Assembly: GCA_002104905.1 (NCBI GenBank)
Contig: MCFE01000239.1
Span: 1 to 64,000, forward strand
Direction: 5' to 3'
DNA length: 64,000 nt
Source: Basidiobolus meristosporus CBS 931.73
Taxonomy: Eukaryota; Fungi; Basidiobolomycota
The notes under the pieces are model-generated. The model had not been told where the DNA came from. It searched no databases and saw only the letters and a program-made list of their open reading frames with translations. This document shows positions 26,541-38,331 of the stretch, one piece after another. Within the stretch, counting starts at the first letter, position 1. Every line of letters starts with the position of its first letter. Position numbers and translations under genes: made by a program.

Positions 26541-27420
26541 TCAGCAGAGGGAAAAATTCCAGTAATAGCAGTAGTAGACATTGCAGCAAGTGACCACTTG
26601 GGGCTCATAACCAGTTGTAAGAGTCTTGGAGATATTGGAAGTGATTTGGGAGGACAAGTAGATTATGTGGTTTTCACTTAATGATTTACTGAATGTAAAA
26701 GTAGTATTTATATTTTTACATGGTCTTGGCATTACAAACACGTAGAATAGGTCAAGGAGGGTCCCAAGAACATGTGTGCAAAGTTTGGGGCTGTTTGGAC
26801 AACTTTGAGAATTTTCATGTTCTGGGTACCTGGTATTTTGGTGAAAAACATTCTAAGTAAATCCCAACAAGGAATTTGGTCAGTATTCTCTAGGATTTGA
26901 AGGTGATGATCTAAGTGACTAAGTTAGGTGAATATATAGGTGGATATACAAATTTTTACAACAGAATCACCCCTCTTTATTTGCTTACCCCCTACTACCT
27001 TTTGTATTCCACATATAGCTTGAATCAAAAAAAACTATGGCCTCCTGCTTACTAGCATCTACAGATGTGCACACCTGCCGCAAATGACATACTTCTATCA
27101 CCTCAACTTTACAGCTTTTTAGTGTGATACTTGCAAAGTTGCCATATACCTTGTACTGCCAGTAAAATATACACCTTGCAAATATATGCTTGGTTGCCTC
27201 TACCTTTGCCATGAATACCTCTGGAATATCTGCAAACAACATTTTGGTATTTAGCAACAATATTCCTTCTCTCTGCTGGATTCTAGCCCCCCTTACTGGT
27301 GTGCTGTGGCTCTTGTTTGTGTGGATTTCATATTGGATGGGGTAGAAGTTGGCCTGTGACCAACAGAAGTCCAGCATACCTTGGTAATGCTCTACTAATG
27401 AGAATTGATTGCATACTAGT
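26541..27420 (-). repeat. Inverted copy of the CACTA/copia-B1 5' junction (LTR 26613-26963, PBS, gag start)
   Basis: Same GATTC|TGTTG junction and the same LTR variants as 38327-38754. Confidence 0.9.
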
Positions 27421-27873
27421 TAGGGCTGCAAATTAGTCCTATAGTGACCAAGACTAGTCTTGACTTGTTGAGTAAATATTTAGCTGCTGAATGATACCAA
27501 ACAGTCCAGGATTTCAATACATCCCCTCAACTAAATAATTTTGTAATCCTGATTCCTCTCTAAGATTTTCAAATTGTGGCCTAGCTAGTAGCTTTGTCAA
27601 TATATCTGTCACCTTTTGTCAGTTGGACAGTAAACTAACTTTGCTGAGCTATTTTCTACAGCTTCCCTCACATAGTGGTGCTGTATATCTATCAGCTTAG
27701 CTCTGGCATGAATAGTATGATTTCTAGCTATTGAAATACAACTTTGATTATCATTGTAAGCACATTTTTGCTCATCTGAGCTAAACCTAGGTCTTTGAGT
27801 AATTTTTGTATTGATATAGCCTCTTTAGTTGCTTGACAAGCAACCATATATCAGCTTTAGTTGTCAATATGGC
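27421..27873 (-). mobile_element. Copia-A-family 3' fragment (RNase H tail, PPT, partial LTR)
   Basis: Similar to ~6080-6430 joined to ~3085-3199. Confidence 0.75.
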
Positions 27874-28238
27874 TGTTATGAATAGACACAAGGCAGGAGA
27901 GTAGAGCTAGGCAAGGCAGGACCAGGAAAGGACTTAGGTGTGGATCAACAAGCCACAGCATGTTTTCAAGGCAAGGCTGGTTATTCAAGACCTGTGTTTA
28001 TCAGACTGAGGAATACATAAGGGGGGATAAGACTATATATACTTGTTGGCAATATGGATGCAAAGAGATATTGGCTAATACTGATGGGGTTCCAATGTAG
28101 GGCACAGTAAGTGTGCCAAGATAGAATATACTAGAGAACAGACTGGAATATAACATGGAGATATGTCAGGTGTCAGCTGATCATTTGACTAGGTCATGTG
28201 ACATGTAGTTACCATATATGGCATGGGACTGCATATAA

Positions 28239-28451
28239 TAGACTTGTTCCATTGTGCCATTGATCATAGTGCCAGAAAGTGCTGTATATTTTGTTATTAA
28301 TTTGATATTTGAGGGTCATATGCATGTCAATTTGGATCCCACATTGGCACTGTTTGGCACCATCTGGCACTCTGTGGCATGATCAGGCACCATCTGGCAT
28401 GCTATGGCACTATTGGGCACTATGATCAGCTGGAATGATGGAACAAGTCCA
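28239..28451. mobile_element. 213-bp MITE in the gypsy-B 3' LTR
   Basis: TAGACTTGTTCC...GGAACAAGTCCA with ~35-bp imperfect TIRs. Absent from the paralogous LTR at ~263-281. Confidence 0.9.
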
Positions 28452-29035
28452 TTTCAATGGGAAGCTTCCATAGAATGTTTCATTGTGTAATGTTGACTTG
28501 GAGCTTTCAAGAAGTTGCTAGAATGTAGTAGACCTTTCTAGAAGAAACTGGGATTTCTTCACTGACTTGATTGGGCTACATACTTGGAGACCAGAGATGT
28601 CATGGGATCATGATTCTACTCTCCTCTTTTGAGGGGCTCTCCTCAAGCTTTTGGCTTTGGCTTGTTGGGGTATGTCTGGTGAAATAGCACAACTAGTTCT
28701 TGGCAGTTTGTTAGGTTTGCTGCTGGTTCCCAAGCTTGATCATTTGCACTGTAACCCACACAATCTACAGATAGTGAAGTTGGGATAAGATGTACTTTGA
28801 ATCCAACACTTGCTGAGCCTCAAACTCTTGGTGTTTGTCCACTTGGATGGCTGGAGGATTTGCTGGGTGCCAGTTTGGTAGAGTACTTTCATAGAATGGT
28901 TCTAGGAGGAATACATGGAATGTGTCATGAACTTTCATACCTGGTGGGAACTGTAGTTGGTGCACAGTTGTACTAAGTTTGTTCTTGATCTTGAATGGAC
29001 CTAGTTTCTCATTGTCTAGCTTGTCACAAGGGCGG

Positions 29036-30030
29036 TGTAGTGGGGTGACAGTACACCCACTGACAGATGTGCTCATTCCCTCATTTTCTACTTCCCTATA
29101 TCTCTACTACATTTATTTTAGTTTTATCCCATTTGTTTTACCCAATCAGTACTATCCCATAAGCCAGTTGACTATCACACCTGCTTACCTTATTGCATAA
29201 GTTACCCCTCACTTTATGTAGATTACTAGCTATAAGTGCTTCTATATTAGGCAAGTACCTGTGCCAGTACCTGTGACACATGATCAACCTGTGTCACCAT
29301 CCCTACCATTTCCATACCATACAGTATCCCTATGTTACACAGGCTTCAGAATACTGATTCCTGATTGGTTGGATGTGCTGTGCCTCTTAGAACCTTCCAG
29401 CACCTACTTAGAGCATTCTTAGGTCATTCTGATGTCATTAAGATTTCTATTGATATCCAGAAACTTATGGAACACCATGATTAGTAATCACTTAGCCAGT
29501 AAGAAAAGTATATAAGGGAGGCTATCCCTCAACAATAAATCATCATCCCTTTTATCAATATACCAACTTGTTGATTAGTGTGATCACTGCAACCTGCTGC
29601 TACCTGAACTTCCAACCCCAGACCACAGGACACTCCCAGGAAACCGCGCTGACAGCCAACTGACCTTGGAGGCACTACTTGTGAGGAATACTCAGAGTAG
29701 GTATCTTTTATTATATTTGATTCTTTCCCATGTTTGTTCTTGTACAAGCAAAGATACTTCTCTGTCTTTGTAATTATTGACCACAGCTGCATTCTTATCA
29801 AGTCCCTGTTGGTGGAGTTTACAGTTGTTTTGACTTTGGAAGCCTTAGTACATTGTCATCTCAAAGGACGCTGAACCCAGCACATACTTTTGTTAAGATG
29901 CCAACTAAGTTGAGGATTGTAGCTCAATAGTTTTCCCTTGACTAGCTTGTGGCTTTATTCCCCTTCACATTAGATTAGAGACAGAGCCCAAGTATTCCCA
30001 GCAAGCTTTTGCCTGAGGTTATAGCACCCA
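29036..30030 (+). mobile_element. Family-D long LTR, 3'-truncated, replacing part of gypsy-B integrase
   Basis: Reverse complement of ~36990-37989. Starts TGTAGTGGGG and contains a TATA box followed by AATAAA. Confidence 0.8.
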
Positions 30031-33000
30031 CTACTAGCATTGAACTAAATTGGTTGGATTCTGGAAGGGTGGTGATGAAGTCCGTAGAAATTGACTTCCA
30101 TTGCAGGTCAGGGATTGGCAAGGGTTGGAGAAGTCCATATGGCTAGTGTCTAGCAGATTTTACACAGTTATATGTATCACAGGATTGGAGGTACTCCTTG
30201 ACAAGAGAAATTATCTTGGGCCACCAGAAATCTTGCTTGATTGCATTCATGGTTTTGGCTGTACCAAAATGCCCTGCAGCCATTGAATCATGGCAAGAAT
30301 GGATGATATCCAATTGGGTATCAAGGTCTGGAACAAACAGTTGGTGTTTGTGGTAAATGATGTCATTGACTAGATGTAGGTACTGGAGGATTGAGAGCTT
30401 GGGCGGTGGGTCAGTGGAGGATTTGAGATATTTCTTGATTGTTGTGGCTATGGAACTGGTGGCTTGGCTGGCCTTGACTTTCTCAAGGAGTGAGGGAGCA
30501 GTAATACTGGAGGACTGGATTGCAAGGAGCTCAAAGTGTCTTTTGCTGAGTACCAGGTTTTTCATTTGCCAACAGGCATCATCCCCTTCTTCAAGGGAAT
30601 ACTCCACCTTTCTGGAGAGGGCATCAGGTTTTCCCTGTTGTACACCTGGTCTGTAGGTGATGACAAAGTCTAAGCTGGACAGGAAGAGGGACCATCTAGC
30701 TTGTCTCTGGTTTAGTACTTTTGAGGTGGTAAAGTACTCAAGGTTCTAGTGATCACAGAAGATCTTTATCTTTTGGGCTGCACCATCAAGGTAGTGTCTC
30801 CATTGCTCAAAAGCAAGAATGATTGCAAGTAGTCCCTTATCATAGATATCATAGTTTACTTCAGCTGGAGTAAATTTCCAGGAGTAGAGTGCAATAGGGT
30901 GTAGTACATTCTTGTCATTGTACTGGGAAAGGATTGCACCAAGTGCCAAGTCAGAGGCATCAGTTTCTATGATGAAAGGTTTTCTCAAGGTCAGGGTGAG
31001 CAAGCAGGGGAGCATACAGGAAGGATTTCTGGATGGAATTAAAGGACTTGGACTGTTCCTCATTCCAGGCAAAGGGCAGATTCTTCTGGGTGAGCTTTGT
31101 CAAGGAAGAGACCATCTTGGATAAGTTAGCAACAAATCTACAATAGCAGTTGGCAAATCCACAGAAGGACTGCACTTCTTTTACAGAACAGGGAGTTTTC
31201 CACAGCTGGATGGCTTCTACTTTCTTGGGGTCCATTCTTGTTCCATTTGCACTGATAAGATAACCTAAGAACTCAACTTCATTCTGGTCAAACTCACATT
31301 TCTCCAGTTTGGCATAGAGGCAAGCAGTGTCAAGTTTGGTCAAGACTTTCTTGGCATGGGAATTATGTTCTTCTTGTGTCTTGGAGTAGATCAATATGTC
31401 ATCAAGGTAGATAACCACAAATTGGTCAAGGTATTCACGGAATATGTCATTCATCAGGTGTTGAAAGACAGCTGGGGCATTGGTGAGACCAAATGGCATA
31501 ACTTTATACTCAAAATGACCGTATCTCGTTCTGAACGCAGTTTTCCATTCATCACCAGGCTTGATCCTGACAAGGTTATATGCTTCTCTGAGGTCAATCT
31601 TGGTAAATACTTTAGCAGCAGAGAGTTAATCCAACAGGGTGTTGATCAGGGGCAAAGAGTACCAGTTCTTGATTATGATCTTATTCAGTTCACGGTAGTC
31701 TACACACATTCTTAGGGTACCATCCTTTTTTTACAAAGAGGATTGGGGCACCAGCTGGGGACTCAGAGTGCTGAAAAAAGCTTTCTGGAGGTTTTCTTGA
31801 ATATAGCCATGGAGTTGTTTCAACTTGGGTTGCAAGAGGTTATAAATAGGACCAAAAAGTGGGGTTTTTCCTTCTTCAAGGTCAATGGGACAATCATAGG
31901 GTCTATGGGCTGGGAGTAGTTTGGCTTTCTTCTTGTCAAAGACATGGGCAAACTCTTGATACTTGGTAGGTATTCCATTGGAGGGGGTTACTTTGGTGAT
32001 AATGGGCTCCTGGGTCTGGGGTAGCTTAGGAAAAGATACTTCTTTACCTGAAAAGTCAGGTGGTTTTATGCAGCTGACATGGTGAATTCTGGGTAATGTC
32101 AGGATTTTGGTTTTCCAGTTGATAGCTGGGTTATGGTGACTAAGCCATGAGCTTCTAAGAACTATGGAGTAGAGGGGAGAGTTGATGATGTTGAAGGCTA
32201 GTGTCTTGTTGTTACCAGTACTGGAAAGCTGGAGTAGACATGTCTCATGGGTAACAGCACCAGAAGAGAGGGCCCTTCCATCAATAACTTCTCCTTGGAC
32301 AGGACAGGATTTCAGGAAAGTGGGTATTTTGTGCTTCTGGACAAATGACTGGTCAATGAAACAGGAGGAAGCACCAGAATATATGAGGGCAAGGACACAG
32401 ACAGGGCTAGATTCAGGGAGGTGGATGTTGACAGTGAAATTGACTAAGTAGGGCAGCATCACCCCAAAGGCTCAAATCACTAGCTAGTAGCTGGAATTCA
32501 GAAGCATACATGGGTGCAGGCTTGTTTCCTTGCTTCAAGTTCTTGATATTGTTGGCAGCAGTTCTGGCTTGGTCAATGTTGCCAAATGTTAGCTCCATTT
32601 CTGTGTGGAAGGCATGGTAGTTGCTGTGCAGAGGGGAGTTGGCTTCTACCAAGGGGGAGAACCATTTCTGGGCAGTTCCAGTAAACAGGTTAGAAATATA
32701 ACCAACTTTTGCTTGATCTGTTGGGAACCAATTGGGTTGTAGTGACAAGTGGTGTTTCATTATGTTTATGAAACCTCAGATTTCACTCTGGGAGCCACTG
32801 AACTTGGTAGTGGAAGTGATCTTGGGATCATGGTAGGAGGGTGCCTGGATAGGCTGTTGAGCAGTTTGGCTCTGGAGCTGAGCAACAGAGTTTCTGAGGT
32901 CAGCATTGTCTTGTTGCAGCTGGGCAAAGGCAGCCATGAGACTTGCAAAGTTATACTCTAGGCTGGACATGTCATGGTGGCAGAAGGCAGAGAAGTCTCT

Positions 33001-33373
33001 TGGACTTGTTCAAGAATACTGGACATTGCTAGCTAATTTGTGGGCTATAAAGCCACTAGTTTGTCAAGAATACTATTAATGAGCCTCAATCCTCAACTTT
33101 TGAAGTAAGCGTGACTTTAAAATGTACTGGCTTTAATGCCCTTTAAGAGAGTATTGTACTTAAGCTTCTTATACTATAAGAACTGTAAACTACACCAGCA
33201 GGGTAATAAAGTGGATGCAGCTTTGGCCAATATTCTTACAAAGATAAAGTGTCTATGCCTTTACAGGACAAGCCTAGGGAAAGACTCAGGGTGATACATA
33301 CAGTAGGTATTCCTTTACAAGTTCTTCTCAAGAACTTTGGGTAGAAGGCAGAGATCCACAGGTAAGTCAGGAG

Positions 33374-33385
33374 CAGTCTGATAAA
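33374..33385 (-). promoter_or_regulatory. Putative self-priming PBS of gypsy-B
   Basis: Sense TTTATCAGACTG lies 2 nt after the 5' LTR end and is exactly complementary to CAGTCTGATAAA inside the LTR (33511-33522). Confidence 0.7.
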
Positions 33386-33689
33386 GCTGTTATGAATAGA
33401 CACAGGGCAGGAGAGTAGAGCTAGGCAAGGCAGGACCAGGAAAGGACTTGGGTGTGGGTCAACAAGGCATGGCATGTTTCCAAGGCAAGGCTGTTTATTC
33501 AAGACCTGTGTTTATCAGACTGAGGAATACATAAGGGGGATAAGACTTTATATACTTTTTGGCAGTATGGATGCCAAGGAATATTGGCTAATACTGATGG
33601 GGTTCTGGGGTGAGGCACAGTCAGTGTTCAAAGATAGAATATACTAAAGAACAGACTGAAATATCACATGGAGACATTATCCATCTCCC

Positions 33690-34323
33690 ATGCTGTGATA
33701 GGTTTTTCTGTGGGCTTTATCTTTGGGCATTGTTGTTGTGCTTCAAAGACTATATAGTGTTCCTCTGCTGTTTCATCAGCAAATGCCTCAATTCATGCCT
33801 GTGACGTTGAGCTACCTAAGTTCCTTATTTGAAGCATAGGTACTGCCTTCTCTACCTGGGATATTGATTGTTCTACACATATTGTCTGCTCATCCTGTTT
33901 CTAGACTATTTTCTGACTTCTCTGGGCCATTGCATCTATCCTATCAGCCACTGTACATAATTGCTTCATTAATGCTTTGATATGAGCTGACAACATACTT
34001 GCTAATATGGGTGGTGGTAATGTTATGGCAGCCACTTGCTGGTCTTCAGCTAAGGGTACTGCATTTGCTACATTCTCATCTGGCTGAGCATTATGGTCAG
34101 CTTGTGGCTCTGCAGAGATTCTCAATTTCCTACTTGACTGAGAGCCTGAGGAGTCTGCATTATCATCTTCAGTGGGCACAATGTTAATATGGCCTTTTTT
34201 GGATGTAGCCCTGCTTGTTGCACTGAATGTCACATCAAGCTGTTGTCCAGCCATTCTTCTGCCGCCATTGGTGGTGGGGTTTGGTTGGGAACCAGATAAC
34301 TTTGCTTTATTTTTTGGCTGCAT
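33690..34323 (-). pseudogene. Unknown ORF divergent from the CACTA transposase, interrupted by stops
   Basis: 140-aa ORF 33901-34323 followed by coding-like continuation toward 33690. No recognisable domain. Confidence 0.35.
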
Positions 34324-36919
34324 ATATATGGAAGTGAGTCAAGCCAAAGGGGATATAGTGCTACATGTATGTGTGTACATGGTGCCACAAGCTTATTCAT
34401 AATGCTTACTATGGCAGGTCATCATTGAATCTTACATTCATGTGGGTGCAATGTCTTAAATACAAGACTGTCTTAAGCTCACATGAGTATTGACTATAAA
34501 GTGATGCAATAGTATTACATTGTTGAAGGTCAAACTGTTTGCCCCATGGACAAGACTACTTTGACTCAATGCTGTAAGAGAAGTGAAAAAAAGTGCATGT
34601 GGCTATTGTGGCAAGCCTCTCAGCCATGAAGCATGCAGACAGCATAGGAAGTATCACAAGGTTCACAGCCAGTGTTTTGCCATACAAGTCATATTTAATT
34701 GTTCATTGGTCACAACTGTACCAGCATTATCTTGCTGGCCAATTGATACTTCTATATCAGTACCTCGATGTCTTTGTCACCTTGTGCAAACTGAGTCAGA
34801 TGAGTTTGTGACCCTTTAGGCTCACCTCAGCCTTCTGAATATGGCACACAGAGTGATAGCTCTGACAAGGAAGGTTCACTAATGGATTCTGAGCCTATCT
34901 CCCCTAAGAACAATACCATGTATGAGTCTGGTCAGATCCCTATATGCAATGAAACAACACCTGTTAAACAAGTGCCATGGATACTTTATGAAGCCAGGTG
35001 AGCCCAGTAATCAATCTGCTGGTAAATGATGTAATGTTGTGTCTAGAGAATTGGTGTGTTTCCACTAATATGAGTAATGGGGGCTTTGAGGATTTATTAT
35101 AACTTCCTGCCAACATCATTCTGGGATGCAACTTACCACGTACATGGTACAAGTGGACAACCATCATGTGACTGGCAGCATATGATCCAGAGACTGTCCT
35201 GATTCCTGGATGTGTAAACAGGTGCATGGCATTCACATCCAAAAATGCAGCCATTGCAATATGCCCAAATTGTCAGGTATCCACCACTATTGATGGAAAA
35301 CATTGCTCACACTGCAGACATATTTTGGTCATACTCCATCTGAGGAAGCTGATGCAGCCCAACAAACATTGCAAAGTAATACAGTGCTGCACTCAGTATC
35401 AATCAAGCGCAAACATATCTAATATATTTGATGGCAAACATTACAAACAGCTAAGAAGCAGGGGCTCCTTTGAAGGTATATATGACCATGCCTTTGCCTT
35501 AGCACTTGATAGATTCTTATTAAACAAGTACTCTACCAGCAAATCATGCTGGCAGCTGATTCTCATTAATCTGAATCTGCCACCCATCATTCAGTATCAG
35601 AGCAATAATCTGCTGGTAGCATCACTGGTATCAGGGCCTAAATCACCATCTAACCTGGATAGCTATGTCTATCCATAGCTGGATGCATTTTGTATGCATT
35701 CCAGTGGGATAACAGTAAATGGACATCATGTAAAAGCGCATATTGTTATCTGCATTGGAGATACCCCAGCCATCAGCAAGATAGCAGGTTTTTCCAGGCG
35801 CAAGGGATGGTATTGCTGTCAAATATGTGAGATCCAGGGGATATACTCCATAACTTGCACACTTTATTAGTACCCAAATGCCAGCACAAAGAACATCATC
35901 TCTCCACAGAGAGAACATGTAGAAGTCAGCATGTAATTGCAGCAAAGCTGGCAAGCTATAAGCTATTGGCTGGAATATGGAATCAATTGGAAACTGGAGA
36001 TACTTAAGAGAGAGGGTATCTGTTGTAGCAAAAGCGTTCCAATTGGAGCAATGCATTTGCTTTTCAACAATATCACTATACAGATGACCAAGTTGTACAT
36101 GGGGCATTTCAAGCTAAATGAACCCTTCAAGATACCAGAGAAATTTGAAAGAATTGGCAAGATATTATAGAGTATCTGCTGCCCTAAGTACTTCTCACAG
36201 GCTCCAATCAATATTCATATGTATATGCAACAATACAAATGCAAAGACTGGATGACCTGGATATGTATTTATTCAAGTGGCATTCTGAAGCCATTCCTAC
36301 CAAGAGTGCATTGGAAGTGTTGGGAGTCATAGGTGTACATTGTGGGAATATTTATCCAGAAGCACATCACTAATGCCAACTTGATGCATCTTCAGCTGTT
36401 GTACAAGGAGTTTGCAACAGGATTTGAGCAGCCATAATACAAACATAAAGCTGAACATGTAGATCTCTGCTGCTACTGTATCCATTCTCTACTCCATCTT
36501 GCATGTTGTGTAGAGAATATTGGGCCTTGCTTCACCTTTTGGGAGTTTCCTATGGTGCAGATGTGTGGGGAGATAGGAAGTCAAGTCAAGTTGTAGGTAC
36601 TACCAAATCCCAATCTCATCAGGAATATTACCTTCAAGTTTGTCATGGATGTGATAGGTTGGCACATGGAGGACAGCCAGGAAAAGCTGGAAAATACTGA
36701 GGACAAATGTGCACATGGAGACACCAATGTCTATGGCATTAAGAAGCTGAGCAGCCCTAATGTGTGGGTAACCAGCTAAGTAATGTAAAGTGGGGTTGGG
36801 TGCAACAAGCATTTGATTTTATGAGAAAAGCTCTACCAAGGCATGCCAGATTTCTCTTGATCACAAGCCAATTTCTACACTGTTCAATACAGAACTCACA
36901 CAAACAAGAGCCAGAGCAC

Positions 36920-37989
36920 TGTGATGGTGTAGATGTTCAAGGGAGAGATACATCCAACACTTCTCAAGTGTTTAGTATGTGGGGTGCTCACTGGGTGCAA
37001 TAATCTCTGACAAAAGCTTGCTAGGAATACTTGGGCTCTGTCTCTAATCTGATGTGATGGGGAATAAAGCCACAAGCTTGTCAAGTGAAAACTATTGAGC
37101 TACAGTTCCCTACTAGTTGGTGTCTTGACAAAAGTATGTGCTGGGTTAAGCATCCTTTGAGATGACAATGTACTAAAGCATCCAAAGTCAAAGCAACTGT
37201 AAACTCAACCAGCAGGGACTTGATAAGAATGCATCTGTGGTCTATAGTTACAAAGATAGAAAAGTATCTTAGCCTGTACATAAACAAACTTGGGAAAAAA
37301 TCAAACATAATAAAAGATACCTACTCTGAATATTCCTCACAAGTAGTGCCTCCAAGGTCAGTTGGCTGTCAGTGCAGTTTCCTGGGAGTGTCCTGTGGTC
37401 TGGGGTTGGAAGTTTAGGTAGTAGCAGGTAGCAGTGATTGCATTAATCAACAAGTAGGTATGTTGATAAAAGGGATGATGATTTATTGTTGAGGGATTGC
37501 CTCCCTTGTATACATTTCTCACTGGCTAAGCAATTGCTAATCATGGTGTTCCAGAAGGTTCCAGAGATCAATAGAAATCTTAATCACATCAGAATGAGCT
37601 AAGAGTATTCTGGGTAGGTGCCAGATGGCTCTAACAGGCACACCACATCCAACTAATCAGGATTCAGTAGTCTGAAACCGGTGTAACATAGGGATACCAT
37701 ATATGGTATAGAGATGGTAGGGATATTTATACAGGTGGACCATGTGTCATGGGTACTGGCACTGGCGCATGCCAAATATTGAAGCACTTACAGCTAGTAA
37801 TCTTACATAAAGTGAAGGATAACTTATGCAATAAGGTAAGCAGGTGTGATAGTCAGCCAGCTTATAGGATAGTACTGATCAAGTAAGACAAATGGGATAA
37901 AACTAAAATCAGTGTAGTAGAGAAATAGGGAAGTAGAAAATATGCAAATGAGCATATCTGTCAGTGGGTGTCACTATGACCCCACTACA
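36920..37989 (-). mobile_element. Family-D solo LTR (1070 bp)
   Basis: TGTAGTGGG...CCATCACA (minus sense) with 4-bp TSD GCAC at 36916-19 and 37990-93. The empty site is visible in CACTA copies at ~10443 and ~27300. Confidence 0.88.
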
Positions 37990-38331
37990 GCACACCTATA
38001 AGGGGGACTAGAATCCAGCAGGGAGAAGGAATATATTGGCTAAATACCAAAAAGTCCTTTGTGGATATTCAGGAGGTATTCATGGCAGAAGTGGCAACAA
38101 CCAAGTATATGTTTGCAAGATGTATATGTTACTAGCAGTACAAGGTATATGGCAACTTTGCAAGTATCACACTAAAAAGCTGTAAAGTTGAGGTGATAGA
38201 AGTATGTCATTTGCAGCAGGTGTGCACATCTGTAGATGCTAGTAAGCAGGAGGCCATAGTTTTTTTTTGATTCAAGCTATATGCGGAATACAAAAGGTAG
38301 TAGGGGGTAAGCAAATAAAGAGGGGTGATTC

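Larger units (their letters stand above)
27874..33675 (-). mobile_element. Ty3/gypsy chromovirus family B (Tf1/sushi-like), decayed
   Basis: 3' LTR 27874-~28615 and truncated 5' LTR 33388-~33675. Sushi/PEG10-like gag, protease [32 protein letters not shown], RNase [10 protein letters not shown], integrase Zn region, and chromodomain start EFEAQQVLDSK..LHYL (28765-29076). Confidence 0.9.

Noticed and set aside
28341-28420. Short periodic repeats and multiple identical LTRs as a CRISPR-like array
   Set aside because: There is no repeat-spacer architecture and no cas gene. The context is eukaryotic and TE termini explain the repeats.
29529-29801. Similar ORFs MIRM.LWSI.TK at 29529-29801 and 37220-37417
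   Set aside because: Both lie on the antisense strand of the family-D LTR. They end at different positions, so there is no sign of coding constraint.
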